DNA of 64,000 nucleotides from Candidatus Nanoarchaeia archaeon (GCA_035283785.1 DATETG010000005.1:2902-66901); one strand, 5' to 3'. Positions 1 through 10,100 are shown, counted from the stretch's first letter. Made by a program: numbers and translations. The notes: generated from the letters alone by a model not told the origin.

Positions 1-254
1 CAGAGTACCAAATTTCCGAGATTCCTCTCGGAATAACAAGATACATGATTCATGGATTTCCGGAAATTGCCGCATATTTCATAACAGCTCTTGCCGGAGG
101 CATATTCGGAGTTGGCTTTCTCAGGCACGGAATAAGAAACAAAATTTTTCTAAGAATTTTGGGGAATGTAGCAATTCTTCTCTTTATAGCACTAGTAATA
201 ATAATTATTGCAGGCATAGTTGAAGTTTATTTCACTCCACTTTTATTTAGGTGA
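1..254 (+). CDS. 3' end of a membrane protein; the reading frame is open back to the window start
   Basis: No stop codon from nt 3 through 254. Hydrophobic TM-like C-terminus (LLFIALVIIIIAGIV). Confidence 0.3.
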   Translation, partial: EYQISEIPLGITRYMIHGFPEIAAYFITALAGGIFGVGFLRHGIRNKIFLRILGNVAILLFIALVIIIIAGIVEVYFTPLLFR

Positions 255-297
255 AGATTTTCACAAATTTTAAAAGCGTCAAAGAATAAATCCTCTT

Positions 298-1305
298 ATG
301 GAAATAATATTTCTGTTTTCATTGGCCATAAGCTTTGTCATAACATTGATGATTATCCCTCCCTGGATAAAAAAATCAAAGTCACGCGGTTTTTTATGGG
401 AAGACATGAACAAATACAAGCATCCGAAAAATGTGGCTTCGTCCGGAGGTGTTGTGGTGATGATTTCTTTTGTTCTTGGAGTTTTGTATTACATCGCCGT
501 TAAGACTTTTGTCATAAAATCATACAATAGCGAAGTTATTGAGATATTCGCACTTCTTAATGTAATTCTAATTTTTACCATAATCGGATTTATAGACGAT
601 TTATGGGATTGGAGAAGTGGTGGCTTGTCAAAAAGATGGAGATTAATCCTGGCTGCCGTTGCATCAATACCTTTAATTGCAATTAATGTGGGAACTTCTT
701 CAATGAGCATCCCCCTTCTTGGAACAGTTGACTTTGGGATAATCTACCCTTTGCTACTTGTACCTTTGGGAATTGTCGGCGCGGCAACGACATACAATTT
801 TCTTGCAGGGTTTAACGGATTGGAGGCAAGCCAGGGAATAATAATACTGTCGTTCTTGTCTTTTGTCGCATACAAAACAGGTTCCTCTTGGCTGGCAATT
901 GTAGGTATGACCATGGTTTTTTCTCTTATTGCTTTTTATTTTTTTAACAAATGCCCTGCAAAAATATTCCCAGGAGATTCCATGACATGGTGTATCGGTG
1001 CGTTAATAGCAATAATGGCCATACTCGGAAATTTCGAGAAAATCGCTGTTTTTGTTTTTATTCCCTACATTATTGAAACAGTTCTAAAAACAAGCGGCAA
1101 ACTTGAGAAACATTCTTTCGGCGAACCAAACAAAGACGGAAGTCTGGATATGCCTTACAAGAAAATATACGGGCTTACACACGCAGGGATTTATATCTTG
1201 AAAAAAATAAAGCCTAACAAGAAAGCATATGAAAATGAAGTTGTGTACTTGATTAACGGTTTCCAGATATTAATAATACTAATCGCATATTTTTTGTTTC
1301 TGTAG
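298..1305 (+). CDS. aglH: GlcNAc-1-phosphate transferase (GT4 / MraY-WecA-GPT family), AglH-like
   Basis: Polytopic membrane protein. FIDDLWDW (DDxxD-like) motif and N..NG.E..G motif typical of polyprenyl-P HexNAc-1-P transferases. It sits immediately upstream of aglB. Confidence 0.7.
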   Translation: MEIIFLFSLAISFVITLMIIPPWIKKSKSRGFLWEDMNKYKHPKNVASSGGVVVMISFVLGVLYYIAVKTFVIKSYNSEVIEIFALLNVILIFTIIGFIDDLWDWRSGGLSKRWRLILAAVASIPLIAINVGTSSMSIPLLGTVDFGIIYPLLLVPLGIVGAATTYNFLAGFNGLEASQGIIILSFLSFVAYKTGSSWLAIVGMTMVFSLIAFYFFNKCPAKIFPGDSMTWCIGALIAIMAILGNFEKIAVFVFIPYIIETVLKTSGKLEKHSFGEPNKDGSLDMPYKKIYGLTHAGIYILKKIKPNKKAYENEVVYLINGFQILIILIAYFLFL

Positions 1306-1344
1306 AAACCAAAACTTTAAAACAACCCCTAATTTTATCTGGAA

Positions 1345-4026
1345 ATGGCTGATGAATTTTCGTTTGATATAAAAAAGATTATTTCATTTTTTAATGAAAA
1401 AAAGATTTTTAATGCAATAATCATCATCCTGTTCCTAGCCCTTCTTATCGGAAGCTCGTGGATGCGGTTTCAAAATATGGATCTCCTAAAAGATGTGACC
1501 AATGGAGAACCAATTCCGATAGAGCTAGATACTTTTTATTTCCTAAGAATGGCTGAAACAATAATTGAACAGGGGGCGTTACCAGAATTTGACAATATGA
1601 GATATGTTCCTGCAAAAATTGAATTTTCAAAAGAGATAACTCCTGATGTTCTTGTTTTTATGTACAGGGTTTCAAACGTGTTCGGAGATTACAGCTTACG
1701 ATATCTGGACTTGATCTATCCTGTGATTTTTTTTGCCTTAGGATTGATAGCATTCTTTTTCCTTATTTATGCCTTGACAAATTCAAAAATAACTGCTCTG
1801 CTAAGCAGCGCATTTCTGGCAATTGCACCGACATACCTTTATAGAACCATCTCAGGTTTTTCTGATCACGATGCCATAGGAATGGCTGCCTTTTTTTCAG
1901 CTATGCTCTTTTACACAATAAGCCTAAAGTCAATCGAAAAAAATAAATTCGAGATTAAAAAAACCGTATTACTCGGAATTGGTGCCGGAGCCTTGACTGC
2001 AATTACAATTGTTTCATGGGGAGGAATTGCAAACTACTTATTCATGATTTTTTCCCTAGCACTAATAATAATCTGGTTGATAAAAACAAAGAATATAGAA
2101 GAAATACATGAACTAAAAAGTTATTTGTACTTTTACCCTGCTTGGATTTTCTCAGGTGTTCTGTTCACATCTTTATTTGGCTATGAAGCCATAAGTGTCA
2201 TAAAAAGATATATCTTATCTACAAGTGGCATTATCAGCTTGTTTGTTCTTGGATTTATCATAATTGATTATATCCTCATCCATTTCAGGAATAAAAACGC
2301 GTTCATAAGAAAAAATGAAAAGTATAGGGTGATAATCAGCTTAGTTGCTACAATTTCTTTAGGAATAATCTTCCTTTCTTTAGTAGGAAGGAATCCATTT
2401 GATTTTATTTCTATTCTATTTGGGAGATTTATAGAACCTCTAGGTGTTGGAAGAACAGGTTTGACAGTTGCCGAAAATGTTCAAACATCTTTGAGTGATT
2501 GGATAAGCCAGATAGGGAAAATTTTCTTTTGGTTATTTTATCTTGGAGTGGCAATTGTTGGCATTGAAGTTGCAAAAGGCATTGAAAAAAGAAAAAACAA
2601 GATACTATTTTTCGTTTTTTGGATGATAATGATCTCGGGGATTCTGTTGAGCAAAATTTCTGGAGGTTCCATACTAAACGGATCTAATCTAATAAGCAAT
2701 TTGTTTTACATGGGAGGCATACTTCTATTTTTTGGTTATTGTGTATGGATGTATTTTAATGATAACATGAAAATAAAACCTGAAATGGCTATCCTTGTTT
2801 CTTGGCTTTTTTTCATGCTAATATCAGCGAGAGGAGCGATAAGACTTTTCTTTTCAGCGATGCCTTTCGTGGCATTCATGGGGGTTTTTAGCGTCGTTAA
2901 GATTTTTGATTATTGGAAAAAAACAAAAGATGATCTTCTGAAAGTTGTCTTTGTTGTTTTGCTCATTTTATCGCTTGTGGGGTTGATGATTAGTGCACAG
3001 TTATTTGTCAATTCTTCAAACGAGCAGACGAAATTTAGCGGACCGACAGTAACACCTCAGTGGCAAAAAGCGATGTTTTGGTTAAGAGAAAACACTCCTG
3101 AAAGATCAATCATTGTTCACTGGTGGGATTATGGGTACTGGGTACAATATCTCGGAGAGAGGCCAACTGTCACCGACGGAGGACATGGTGTTGGTTATTG
3201 GGATCACCTGATTGGAAGATATCTTCTAACAACACCTAATCCGGACGCTGCCTTGAGTTTCATGAAAACACAAAATGTTTCATATTTGATAATAGATCAA
3301 ACGGATCTCGGGAAATATCCTGCTTATAGCAAAATAGGAAGCGACCCTGGTGGAAACGACAGATATTCTCAAATTCCTGTGATGACATTAAATCCAAGCC
3401 AGACACAAGAGACAGCCGAAGGCATTTTAAGAGTATATGAAGGTGGGACTCTTGTTGATGAAGACATTTTTTACCAAGATATATTCCTCCCTTCGGGAAA
3501 TGCGATAATAGCAGCGGTTGTGCTTGAAGAATCCGCCTCAGGATTCAAGACTTTTTCACAACCTTATGGAGTATTCCTGTACAACCAAAAACAGATAAAC
3601 CTTCCAATAAGGTACATGTATTATGAAAATCAACTGATTGATTTTGGAGGTGGTTTGAATGCAACAATAAGAATAATTCCAAAAATTGACCAATCATCAA
3701 GTCAGAACATCAATGTAGACAAATCTGGCGCTGCAATATACCTATCACCAAAAGTCTCAAAAAGCCTTTTTGCCCAACTTTACATTCTCGATGATGCATT
3801 TGAGAATTATGGAACAGTGAGCCTGGTTCATTCAGAGGATGATCTTTTGGTTTCCACGCTTAATTCTCAAGGAGCAGATGTTGGTGACTTTGTTTATTTC
3901 CAGGGATTTAGAGGACCAATAAAAATATGGAAGATAGATTATCCTTCAAACATCGTGCCGAGAGAGGAATTTCTAAGAACTTCCGGAGAATACGCAGAGT
4001 TTGACAACCTGAAATTTACCAAGTAG
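1345..4026 (+). CDS. aglB: Archaeal oligosaccharyltransferase AglB (STT3 family)
   Basis: 893 aa with an N-terminal multi-TM domain. The WWDYGYW catalytic motif is present (HWWDYGYWVQY) and a large soluble C-terminal domain follows. Confidence 0.9.
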   Translation: MADEFSFDIKKIISFFNEKKIFNAIIIILFLALLIGSSWMRFQNMDLLKDVTNGEPIPIELDTFYFLRMAETIIEQGALPEFDNMRYVPAKIEFSKEITPDVLVFMYRVSNVFGDYSLRYLDLIYPVIFFALGLIAFFFLIYALTNSKITALLSSAFLAIAPTYLYRTISGFSDHDAIGMAAFFSAMLFYTISLKSIEKNKFEIKKTVLLGIGAGALTAITIVSWGGIANYLFMIFSLALIIIWLIKTKNIEEIHELKSYLYFYPAWIFSGVLFTSLFGYEAISVIKRYILSTSGIISLFVLGFIIIDYILIHFRNKNAFIRKNEKYRVIISLVATISLGIIFLSLVGRNPFDFISILFGRFIEPLGVGRTGLTVAENVQTSLSDWISQIGKIFFWLFYLGVAIVGIEVAKGIEKRKNKILFFVFWMIMISGILLSKISGGSILNGSNLISNLFYMGGILLFFGYCVWMYFNDNMKIKPEMAILVSWLFFMLISARGAIRLFFSAMPFVAFMGVFSVVKIFDYWKKTKDDLLKVVFVVLLILSLVGLMISAQLFVNSSNEQTKFSGPTVTPQWQKAMFWLRENTPERSIIVHWWDYGYWVQYLGERPTVTDGGHGVGYWDHLIGRYLLTTPNPDAALSFMKTQNVSYLIIDQTDLGKYPAYSKIGSDPGGNDRYSQIPVMTLNPSQTQETAEGILRVYEGGTLVDEDIFYQDIFLPSGNAIIAAVVLEESASGFKTFSQPYGVFLYNQKQINLPIRYMYYENQLIDFGGGLNATIRIIPKIDQSSSQNINVDKSGAAIYLSPKVSKSLFAQLYILDDAFENYGTVSLVHSEDDLLVSTLNSQGADVGDFVYFQGFRGPIKIWKIDYPSNIVPREEFLRTSGEYAEFDNLKFTK

Positions 4027-4030
4027 GACT

Positions 4031-5194
4031 GTGCTCCATAAGGTTTATGAATCTTTTTTTTCAAGGATTAAAATGAAAAAAGTTGCAATAATCATCGGAA
4101 CTAGGGCAGAATTCATTAAAACAATGCCGATAATGCTTGAATTGAAAAAAAGAAAAATTCCTTACTCTTTTATCCACACTGGACAACATAGTCTGAAAGA
4201 TTTGTGTGAAAAATTTGAAATCAAAAAACCCGACTTTGTTTTGACGCCCGCACCAAGTAAAAGCACCAAATTTTTTGCCCGCCATATTCGTGCTGCTTTT
4301 TGGAATTTAGGACTAATATTTTCCATAAAAAGAGTCATCAAAAAGATAAATCCGGACTATGTCATCTATCATGGAGATACTATGACAACAGCCTCTGCAT
4401 CGATAGCATCTTCTAAGATGTTGAACCCGTCTAAAAAATATAAAAATATCCACTTGGAAGCCGGATTGAGAAGCGGAAATTTGTTTGAGCCTTTCCCTGA
4501 AGAAATTTCCAGAATAATTGCAGACAGATTTTCCGAAGTTTTGTTTGCAGTTTCCGAGAGGAGCAAAAATAATCTAAGAAGATATAAAAAGTCTAAGAAG
4601 ATAATCCTCACCGGAAATACCATCATTGACTCTGTAGATGTTTCATACAAAAAAGCATTGAAAGAAAAAATAAAAGTGTTCTCAAATAAAAAGTTTGCAT
4701 TGATATCCATACATCGACACGAAAACATAAAAAATAAAAAACGCCTGGAAAAAATTGTTAAAATTTTGCTTTCATTAAACATACCTTCTTATTTTCCATT
4801 GTATGACAATACCAAGGAAAAATTGATAAAATTCGGGCTTTACAAGAAATTAATAGAGAACAAAAATATAACGATTCTGGAATACATAGACTATGTTAAT
4901 TTCATATATCAATTAAAAAACTGTTCTCTGCTTATTTGCGACGGAGGTTCCATTCAAGAAGAGAGTCTTGTGTTTGGAAAGCCATGTATAATACTCAGAA
5001 ATTTTACAGAAAGGCAGGAAGGATTGGAATCAAATTTTCAATTTTTGTCCAAGCTTAACGTGAAAAAAACAGTATACAAAATAAACGAATATCTATCCAA
5101 AGATTTTAAAGTTAAAAAATTCAAAAATCCCTATGGAAACATTGGATTAAGCGAAAAAATAGTTGATCTTATTCAAAATGATAAAAATTATTGA
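4031..5194 (+). CDS. wecB: UDP-N-acetylglucosamine 2-epimerase (non-hydrolysing)
   Basis: N-terminus VAIIIGTRAEFIKTMPIM...HTGQH is typical of UDP-GlcNAc 2-epimerases. Length 387 aa. Confidence 0.8.
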   Translation: MLHKVYESFFSRIKMKKVAIIIGTRAEFIKTMPIMLELKKRKIPYSFIHTGQHSLKDLCEKFEIKKPDFVLTPAPSKSTKFFARHIRAAFWNLGLIFSIKRVIKKINPDYVIYHGDTMTTASASIASSKMLNPSKKYKNIHLEAGLRSGNLFEPFPEEISRIIADRFSEVLFAVSERSKNNLRRYKKSKKIILTGNTIIDSVDVSYKKALKEKIKVFSNKKFALISIHRHENIKNKKRLEKIVKILLSLNIPSYFPLYDNTKEKLIKFGLYKKLIENKNITILEYIDYVNFIYQLKNCSLLICDGGSIQEESLVFGKPCIILRNFTERQEGLESNFQFLSKLNVKKTVYKINEYLSKDFKVKKFKNPYGNIGLSEKIVDLIQNDKNY

Positions 5195-6038
5195 ATCCCT
5201 TTCATGGATTCCCTATAAAACAGCGAAAATGTTTGGAAAACGTAAAAACGATTTTCTGATCTTGGATCTTGAGAAGATAGGAATAAAAAAGAGATTTAAG
5301 TTTAATACTACAAAAACAGACGAAGGTTTGTCATCACAATTAAAAACTTTTGGTTTTAGAGAACCTGTAAATCTGGAGTATTATCACAAATTCGTTGAAA
5401 AAAACGACAAGGTTCTCGATATAGGGGCGAACATAGGATTATTTACGATTTTGAGTGAAAATGCAAAAGAAATTATTTGTGTTGAACCGCTTAAACAGGC
5501 AATTCCTCTGCTTAAGAAAAATATAAATGACAACAATCTGATGGAAAAAACAAAAATAATAAACGCTGCTGTTGGTAAAAAAGGGAAATTGATAATATCC
5601 GTTGACGAGCAGCTGAATCTTTCAAGAATAGTCAGCAAGAAAACAAAAAATTCCTACGAAGTAAAAAGTATGGAATTAATGGATCTGACAAAAAGATATG
5701 ATTCAAATCTTTTAAGAATGGACGTAGAAGGATATGAGTATGAAATACTATTTGAGAAACTACCTAAAAGAATAAACAAAATATCTATCGAATTTCACAC
5801 ATTGCTTCTTGGAAAAGAAAAAGTTTCCAAGCTCTTGAATTATCTTGAAAAAGAAGGCTTTAAGCTGAAATATTTTATAGAGGATCTCCCGATAAGGCTT
5901 TATCCTTTTTTCAATATTTTAAAGAAGTTTGGCTTTTTAAGAAGATTTACCTACGTAAAAAGAAACATTTCAATAAATGAATGTTCAAAAATTATCGGCA
6001 AGGGGAGGGCAGTAAAATACTTGTTTCTTCAGAGATAG
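5163..6038 (+). CDS. FkbM-family SAM-dependent methyltransferase
   Basis: LDIGANIGLFT motif characteristic of the FkbM methyltransferase family. Confidence 0.7.
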   Translation: MILFKMIKIIESLSWIPYKTAKMFGKRKNDFLILDLEKIGIKKRFKFNTTKTDEGLSSQLKTFGFREPVNLEYYHKFVEKNDKVLDIGANIGLFTILSENAKEIICVEPLKQAIPLLKKNINDNNLMEKTKIINAAVGKKGKLIISVDEQLNLSRIVSKKTKNSYEVKSMELMDLTKRYDSNLLRMDVEGYEYEILFEKLPKRINKISIEFHTLLLGKEKVSKLLNYLEKEGFKLKYFIEDLPIRLYPFFNILKKFGFLRRFTYVKRNISINECSKIIGKGRAVKYLFLQR

Positions 6039-6072
6039 AAATGCTTAAAAAATAGTTACTAATATCGTAAAT

Positions 6073-7212
6073 ATGAATAAAAAGAAAAAGACAATAAGAA
6101 TTGACTTCAGGTATTACTGGTGGCATTTCAATCCGGAAAACAACATTTTTACAAATCTTCTAAAAAAAGACTACAATGTGATAATAGACAAAGAAAATCC
6201 AGATTATGTGTTTTTTTCGGTATACACTCCAACGAGACCAATTCACAAACATGAAAGTTTAGGAAAGAAAATTGAGAATTTTTCTCCTACAGTTTATAAG
6301 ATTCTTAGAGAGATTTATTATTTCAAAAAGGAAAGGTGGAAAATGCCTTCGATAAAGGGTAATTTCGTAAAAATTTTCTTTACAGTTGAGAATGCAAAAC
6401 CAAACATGAAAGAATGCGACTGGGCGTTCACTCATGAATACGACGAAGAATTGCAAAATCCCGGGCATATGAGAATTCCCGGATATGCATTTAACTCCAT
6501 AAAAAATCCTGAAGAATTGATAAAGCCGAAAAACCTTGACGTTAAAAAAATAATGAGTGGGAAGAAAAAATTCTGCGTCTTCATATGTTCAAACAATGTA
6601 ACATTTAGGAACAGTTTTTTCAAAAAGCTCAACAAATCCAAGAAGGTAGAATCGTGGGGGAAGGTTTTGAACAACATGGGGAGAGGCATTCCAAAAGTAG
6701 TGGAAATCAATAAGGACAAAAAATCAAAGGGTGAAACCAAAGAGTATGTTGCAAGAGACTTCCTCGCCCAATACAAATTCACAATTGCTTTTGAAAATGC
6801 GTCTCATGTAGGATACACCTCTGAAAGAAAAGTTGAGCCAATGAGGATCTACAACATTCCTATCTACTGGGGGAATCCTCTTGTGTACAGGGACTTTAAC
6901 ACAAAAAGTTTCATAAATTATCATGACTTTGAAAAACAAGTCAGAAAAAAACTGCCAAACTTTTTCTTTAAGATACCACTAATAAATTTCTTGTCGGAAA
7001 AATATGTTGAAGAGATGACTTTCAGAAAAATGATTAAAAGAATAATTGAACTAGACAACAATGATGAGTTATACATGGAAATGTTAAAACAGCCTTGGTA
7101 TAATGATAATGAGCCGCCAATTTATCTTGATAGGGAAAGAATCAGAAAAAGGCTCAGAGAGATAATTGAATCTGGAAAGAAGAATTCTAATATAAAAAAT
7201 GAAAGAAGATGA
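6073..7212 (+). CDS. GT10-family alpha-1,3/4-fucosyltransferase-like glycosyltransferase
   Basis: Contains YKFTIAFENASHVGYTSERK, which matches the GT10 alpha-1,3-FucT signature FxxAFENS...GYxTEK. Confidence 0.6.
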   Translation: MNKKKKTIRIDFRYYWWHFNPENNIFTNLLKKDYNVIIDKENPDYVFFSVYTPTRPIHKHESLGKKIENFSPTVYKILREIYYFKKERWKMPSIKGNFVKIFFTVENAKPNMKECDWAFTHEYDEELQNPGHMRIPGYAFNSIKNPEELIKPKNLDVKKIMSGKKKFCVFICSNNVTFRNSFFKKLNKSKKVESWGKVLNNMGRGIPKVVEINKDKKSKGETKEYVARDFLAQYKFTIAFENASHVGYTSERKVEPMRIYNIPIYWGNPLVYRDFNTKSFINYHDFEKQVRKKLPNFFFKIPLINFLSEKYVEEMTFRKMIKRIIELDNNDELYMEMLKQPWYNDNEPPIYLDRERIRKRLREIIESGKKNSNIKNERR

Positions 7213-7387
7213 AGTTCTAATAAGATTTTTCTATGTGGACGAGGAATTTAATAAAATAAATAGAAAAGAGGAACTTCCTATGGAAGCGTTGAAAATAGAA
7301 CTTGACAGAATAAAATCTGAAGAAAAATCTTTAAGCAGAGAAGAAATAGAAAAAAGTTACAAGATCTTGACTGGGTTAGTAGACTAA
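7199..7387 (+). CDS. small charged hypothetical protein (possible antitoxin partner)
   Basis: 62-aa ORF rich in coiled-coil/charged residues, upstream of a RelE/ParE-like small ORF. Confidence 0.2.
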   Translation: MKEDEVLIRFFYVDEEFNKINRKEELPMEALKIELDRIKSEEKSLSREEIEKSYKILTGLVD

Positions 7388-7491
7388 AGGGACTTTCTTG
7401 CAAAAAACAAGAAGTAGATGTTAATGTACTGTGCATTGATACCCATCATAGTGGAAGTCTTTTTCATGAAACAACGGTTAAACAAGGAGAG

Positions 7492-7719
7492 TTGCATGTA
7501 GATATAGTAAAAAAAGGTGAAGATGCTAAAACAGAGTCTTTATTAAAAATTTCTGATTTTAAGGGGTTTATATCAAACTTACCTCCTGCTGTAAGAAAAA
7601 GAGCTAATTTTTTTGAAGTCTTGTGGGGAAATCATAGAGTCTTCGCCACTATAAAAAGAAATGATAAAAATTTGATGGTTTTACTTGTCTGTGACAATGA
7701 TCCTCAATCAATAACATGA
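7492..7719 (+). CDS. small protein with weak RelE/ParE-toxin-like features
   Basis: 75 aa. F..I..LPPAVRKR segment and HRVFATIK...LMVLLVCDN resemble the RelE/ParE fold pattern. The similarity is weak. Confidence 0.25.
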   Translation: MHVDIVKKGEDAKTESLLKISDFKGFISNLPPAVRKRANFFEVLWGNHRVFATIKRNDKNLMVLLVCDNDPQSIT

Positions 7720-8936
7720 GGTTCTGGAACAGGGATTATTATTTTTCCCCTGAAACCTTTTTGCCTTAGTTTTGGCACTATCACACTCTTTAAGTTCCAA
7801 GCCAAAAGCAATGCATATGTCGGTTGTGGTTCCTGAAAGAGAATTGATTCGTCCTTAATGGGAATGTGCATTCCCGGAGAGTACATTCCTACTTTCAAAC
7901 TTCCATATTCTAGCAAACAGTCAATTGTCTCTTTTCCTATTTTACAAAAATTTAATAGCGTATTCCCCTTTGCCGGAGCGCCAATCCCGACGATATTCCC
8001 ATGTTCTTTTGCTTTAAACAAGATTGAACGAATTTCCTTCATGTTGGAAAAAACCTTTTTCCCAAATGAATCATAAATTTTTCTCGAGTAAAGCCCAAAT
8101 TCTTCTTCTTCAATCAGAATTTTTTTCACGTTTTCAGATATGGGAAAATCTCCCTTTCCGCATGCATAAACTCTCAATGAACCGCCGTGAGTGGTAATCT
8201 TTTCCGCATCGAAAACATCCATATCAAACTTATCAAACAAGTAGATTAATGGTTTAAGAGAGTAATATCTCAAGTGTTCAGCGTAAATAGAATCGTACTC
8301 TGTTTCATGTAAAAGGTCTCTTATGTAGTGTGATTCTTCTATGAAAACACCTTTGGCATCTAAAAGAATTTTTATTCCATTCATAAAGGAATCCAATTCC
8401 CTAACATGAGCAAAAACGTTTGTTGCAGTTATTACTTTTGCTTTTCCATTTTCTCTGAGAATTCTAATTGCAGTTTTCTCGTTGAAAAAGTCTTTCATTG
8501 TTGGAACATTCTTTTTTTGCGCCATTTCGGCTGCTTTCGAAGGATCAACATTAAGTACTTTTATTCCATAAGGAAGATAATTTGAAAGCGATGTTCCGTC
8601 ATTACCTCCGATATCAACAGCAAAATCATTCCTCAACAGATTAAACTTTTTTATGACATTTTCTACCAGGGAATGAAAATTGTCCGCCAGTTCTTTACTT
8701 GAGCCAGTAGTATAAACAAAATCTTCCGTAAACAACAATTCTGGATTTGGGGCGTATCCCAACTGCACTAAGCAACAATCTTCACAAAAATAAACATCAA
8801 GGGGAAAATATATCTCAGGTTCTTTTAATTTTTCTTCTGTCAGAAATCCGTCAGGATTTGGGTGATGCCCTAATGATAAAAATTTATGCATCCTCTCGGA
8901 AGAGCAAATTTGGCATGTTAATTTTTCAGATTTCAT
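7704..8936 (-). CDS. NDP-hexose C-methyltransferase-like protein (TylCIII/NovU type: N-terminal Zn ribbon plus class I SAM MTase)
   Basis: CQIC...CEDCCLVQL zinc-ribbon N-terminus and DIGGNDGT SAM-binding motif. The start is set at the internal ATG at 8934-8936 (MKSEKLTCQIC). Confidence 0.7.
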   Translation of the reverse strand: MKSEKLTCQICSSERMHKFLSLGHHPNPDGFLTEEKLKEPEIYFPLDVYFCEDCCLVQLGYAPNPELLFTEDFVYTTGSSKELADNFHSLVENVIKKFNLLRNDFAVDIGGNDGTSLSNYLPYGIKVLNVDPSKAAEMAQKKNVPTMKDFFNEKTAIRILRENGKAKVITATNVFAHVRELDSFMNGIKILLDAKGVFIEESHYIRDLLHETEYDSIYAEHLRYYSLKPLIYLFDKFDMDVFDAEKITTHGGSLRVYACGKGDFPISENVKKILIEEEEFGLYSRKIYDSFGKKVFSNMKEIRSILFKAKEHGNIVGIGAPAKGNTLLNFCKIGKETIDCLLEYGSLKVGMYSPGMHIPIKDESILFQEPQPTYALLLAWNLKSVIVPKLRQKGFRGKIIIPVPEPHVID

Positions 8937-9086
8937 GGTCTTTGTTCCCCTTATAATTTCTTTTGGATTCTCGAAATAATCATGCACCCTGTTTTTCAGG
9001 CCAAGAAATGAAGTTGACAAATTTTCAGACATAAAAATCAATAAAAAACCTGATTTTTAAGTTTTGTGCAATTAACTCACCACAAA

Positions 9087-9096
9087 GTTTATATAA
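9087..9096 (+). promoter_or_regulatory. TATA-like box (tttatataag) about 25 nt upstream of the ATG at 9117; likely promoter of a leaderless transcript
   Basis: AT-rich TATA consensus at archaeal spacing from the start codon. Confidence 0.35.
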
Positions 9097-9116
9097 GATT
9101 TGACTATTCTAAAACC

Positions 9117-10100
9117 ATGCCGAAAACACTCATAACAGGGGGGGCAGGATTCATAGGTTTCCACTTAGCAAAACGATTGGCAGAACAAAAACACGAAGTT
9201 GTTATAGCAGATAATTTTTTTAGGAGTCAAAAGGAAGGAGATTTATTGGCATTGCTTGAGAGGCCAAACGTAAAAATGATTGAAGCTGACCTAACAGATA
9301 AGGTCTCTTGGGATAAATTAGGTACAGGGTATGATCATGTATATCACCTTGTTGGAATTAACGGAACAAAACTTTTCTATAAAATTCCGCACGAGGTTCT
9401 TAGAATTGGAGTGTCCACAACGATGAATGTACTTGAATGGTTTCACACCAAAAATAATGTGCCTCATGCAAAAATTCTTTACACATCCTCCAATGAAGCA
9501 TACGCAAGCGCTCTTGAAGCATTCGGGAAATTGCCAATACCCACGCCAGAAAATGTTCCGTTAGTTATCGCCGATACATACAATGCCCGATGGTCATATG
9601 GTGGGCAAAAATTAATAGGGGAACTTTTTTTTATTCATTATAGCAAGGCACATAATTTTCGAATGTCGATAGTAAGACCGCACAACTTTTACGGGCCTCG
9701 TGCGGGCTTTGACCATGTTATCCCTGAAATTACAAAGAGAATTGTTGAAAAAGTTGAACCATTCTCTATTTTTGGGGCTGATGAAACCCGCTCGTTTTGC
9801 TATATTGACGACGCAGTTGAAGCGATTCAAAGAGTTATGGAATCAGATAAAACCGACGGAGGAACTTATCACATAGGTACATCGCAAGAAACAGTTATCA
9901 AAGACCTTGTTGAAGAGATGTTTAATATCATGAAATGGCGTCCTCGAAATATTGAAGTTAAAAATTCTCCTGAAGGAAGTGTAAAGAGACGACTACCCGA
10001 TGTCTCAAAAATAAAGAGAGATACTGGCTGGGAAGCTAAAACAGACTTGAGAGAAGGTCTCGAAAAAACAATTGATTGGTATAAGAATAAGTTTAGTTAA
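9117..10100 (+). CDS. NAD-dependent nucleotide-sugar epimerase/dehydratase (extended SDR)
   Basis: LITGGAGFIGFHLAKRL Rossmann motif and YxxxK-type catalytic region. Start taken at MPKTLITGG. Confidence 0.8.
   Translation: MPKTLITGGAGFIGFHLAKRLAEQKHEVVIADNFFRSQKEGDLLALLERPNVKMIEADLTDKVSWDKLGTGYDHVYHLVGINGTKLFYKIPHEVLRIGVSTTMNVLEWFHTKNNVPHAKILYTSSNEAYASALEAFGKLPIPTPENVPLVIADTYNARWSYGGQKLIGELFFIHYSKAHNFRMSIVRPHNFYGPRAGFDHVIPEITKRIVEKVEPFSIFGADETRSFCYIDDAVEAIQRVMESDKTDGGTYHIGTSQETVIKDLVEEMFNIMKWRPRNIEVKNSPEGSVKRRLPDVSKIKRDTGWEAKTDLREGLEKTIDWYKNKFS

Noticed and set aside
489-710. Antisense ORFs nested in strong genes (e.g. 489..710, 1445..1630, 4061..4285, 4369..4782, 5384..5638, 6259..6939, 7858..8076, 12250..12507, 26356..27084, 30151..30668, 35353..35565, 61450..62437)
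   Set aside because: Each overlaps a longer ORF carrying clear family motifs on the opposite strand or another frame. Their compositions are low-complexity, as expected for AT-rich antisense frames.
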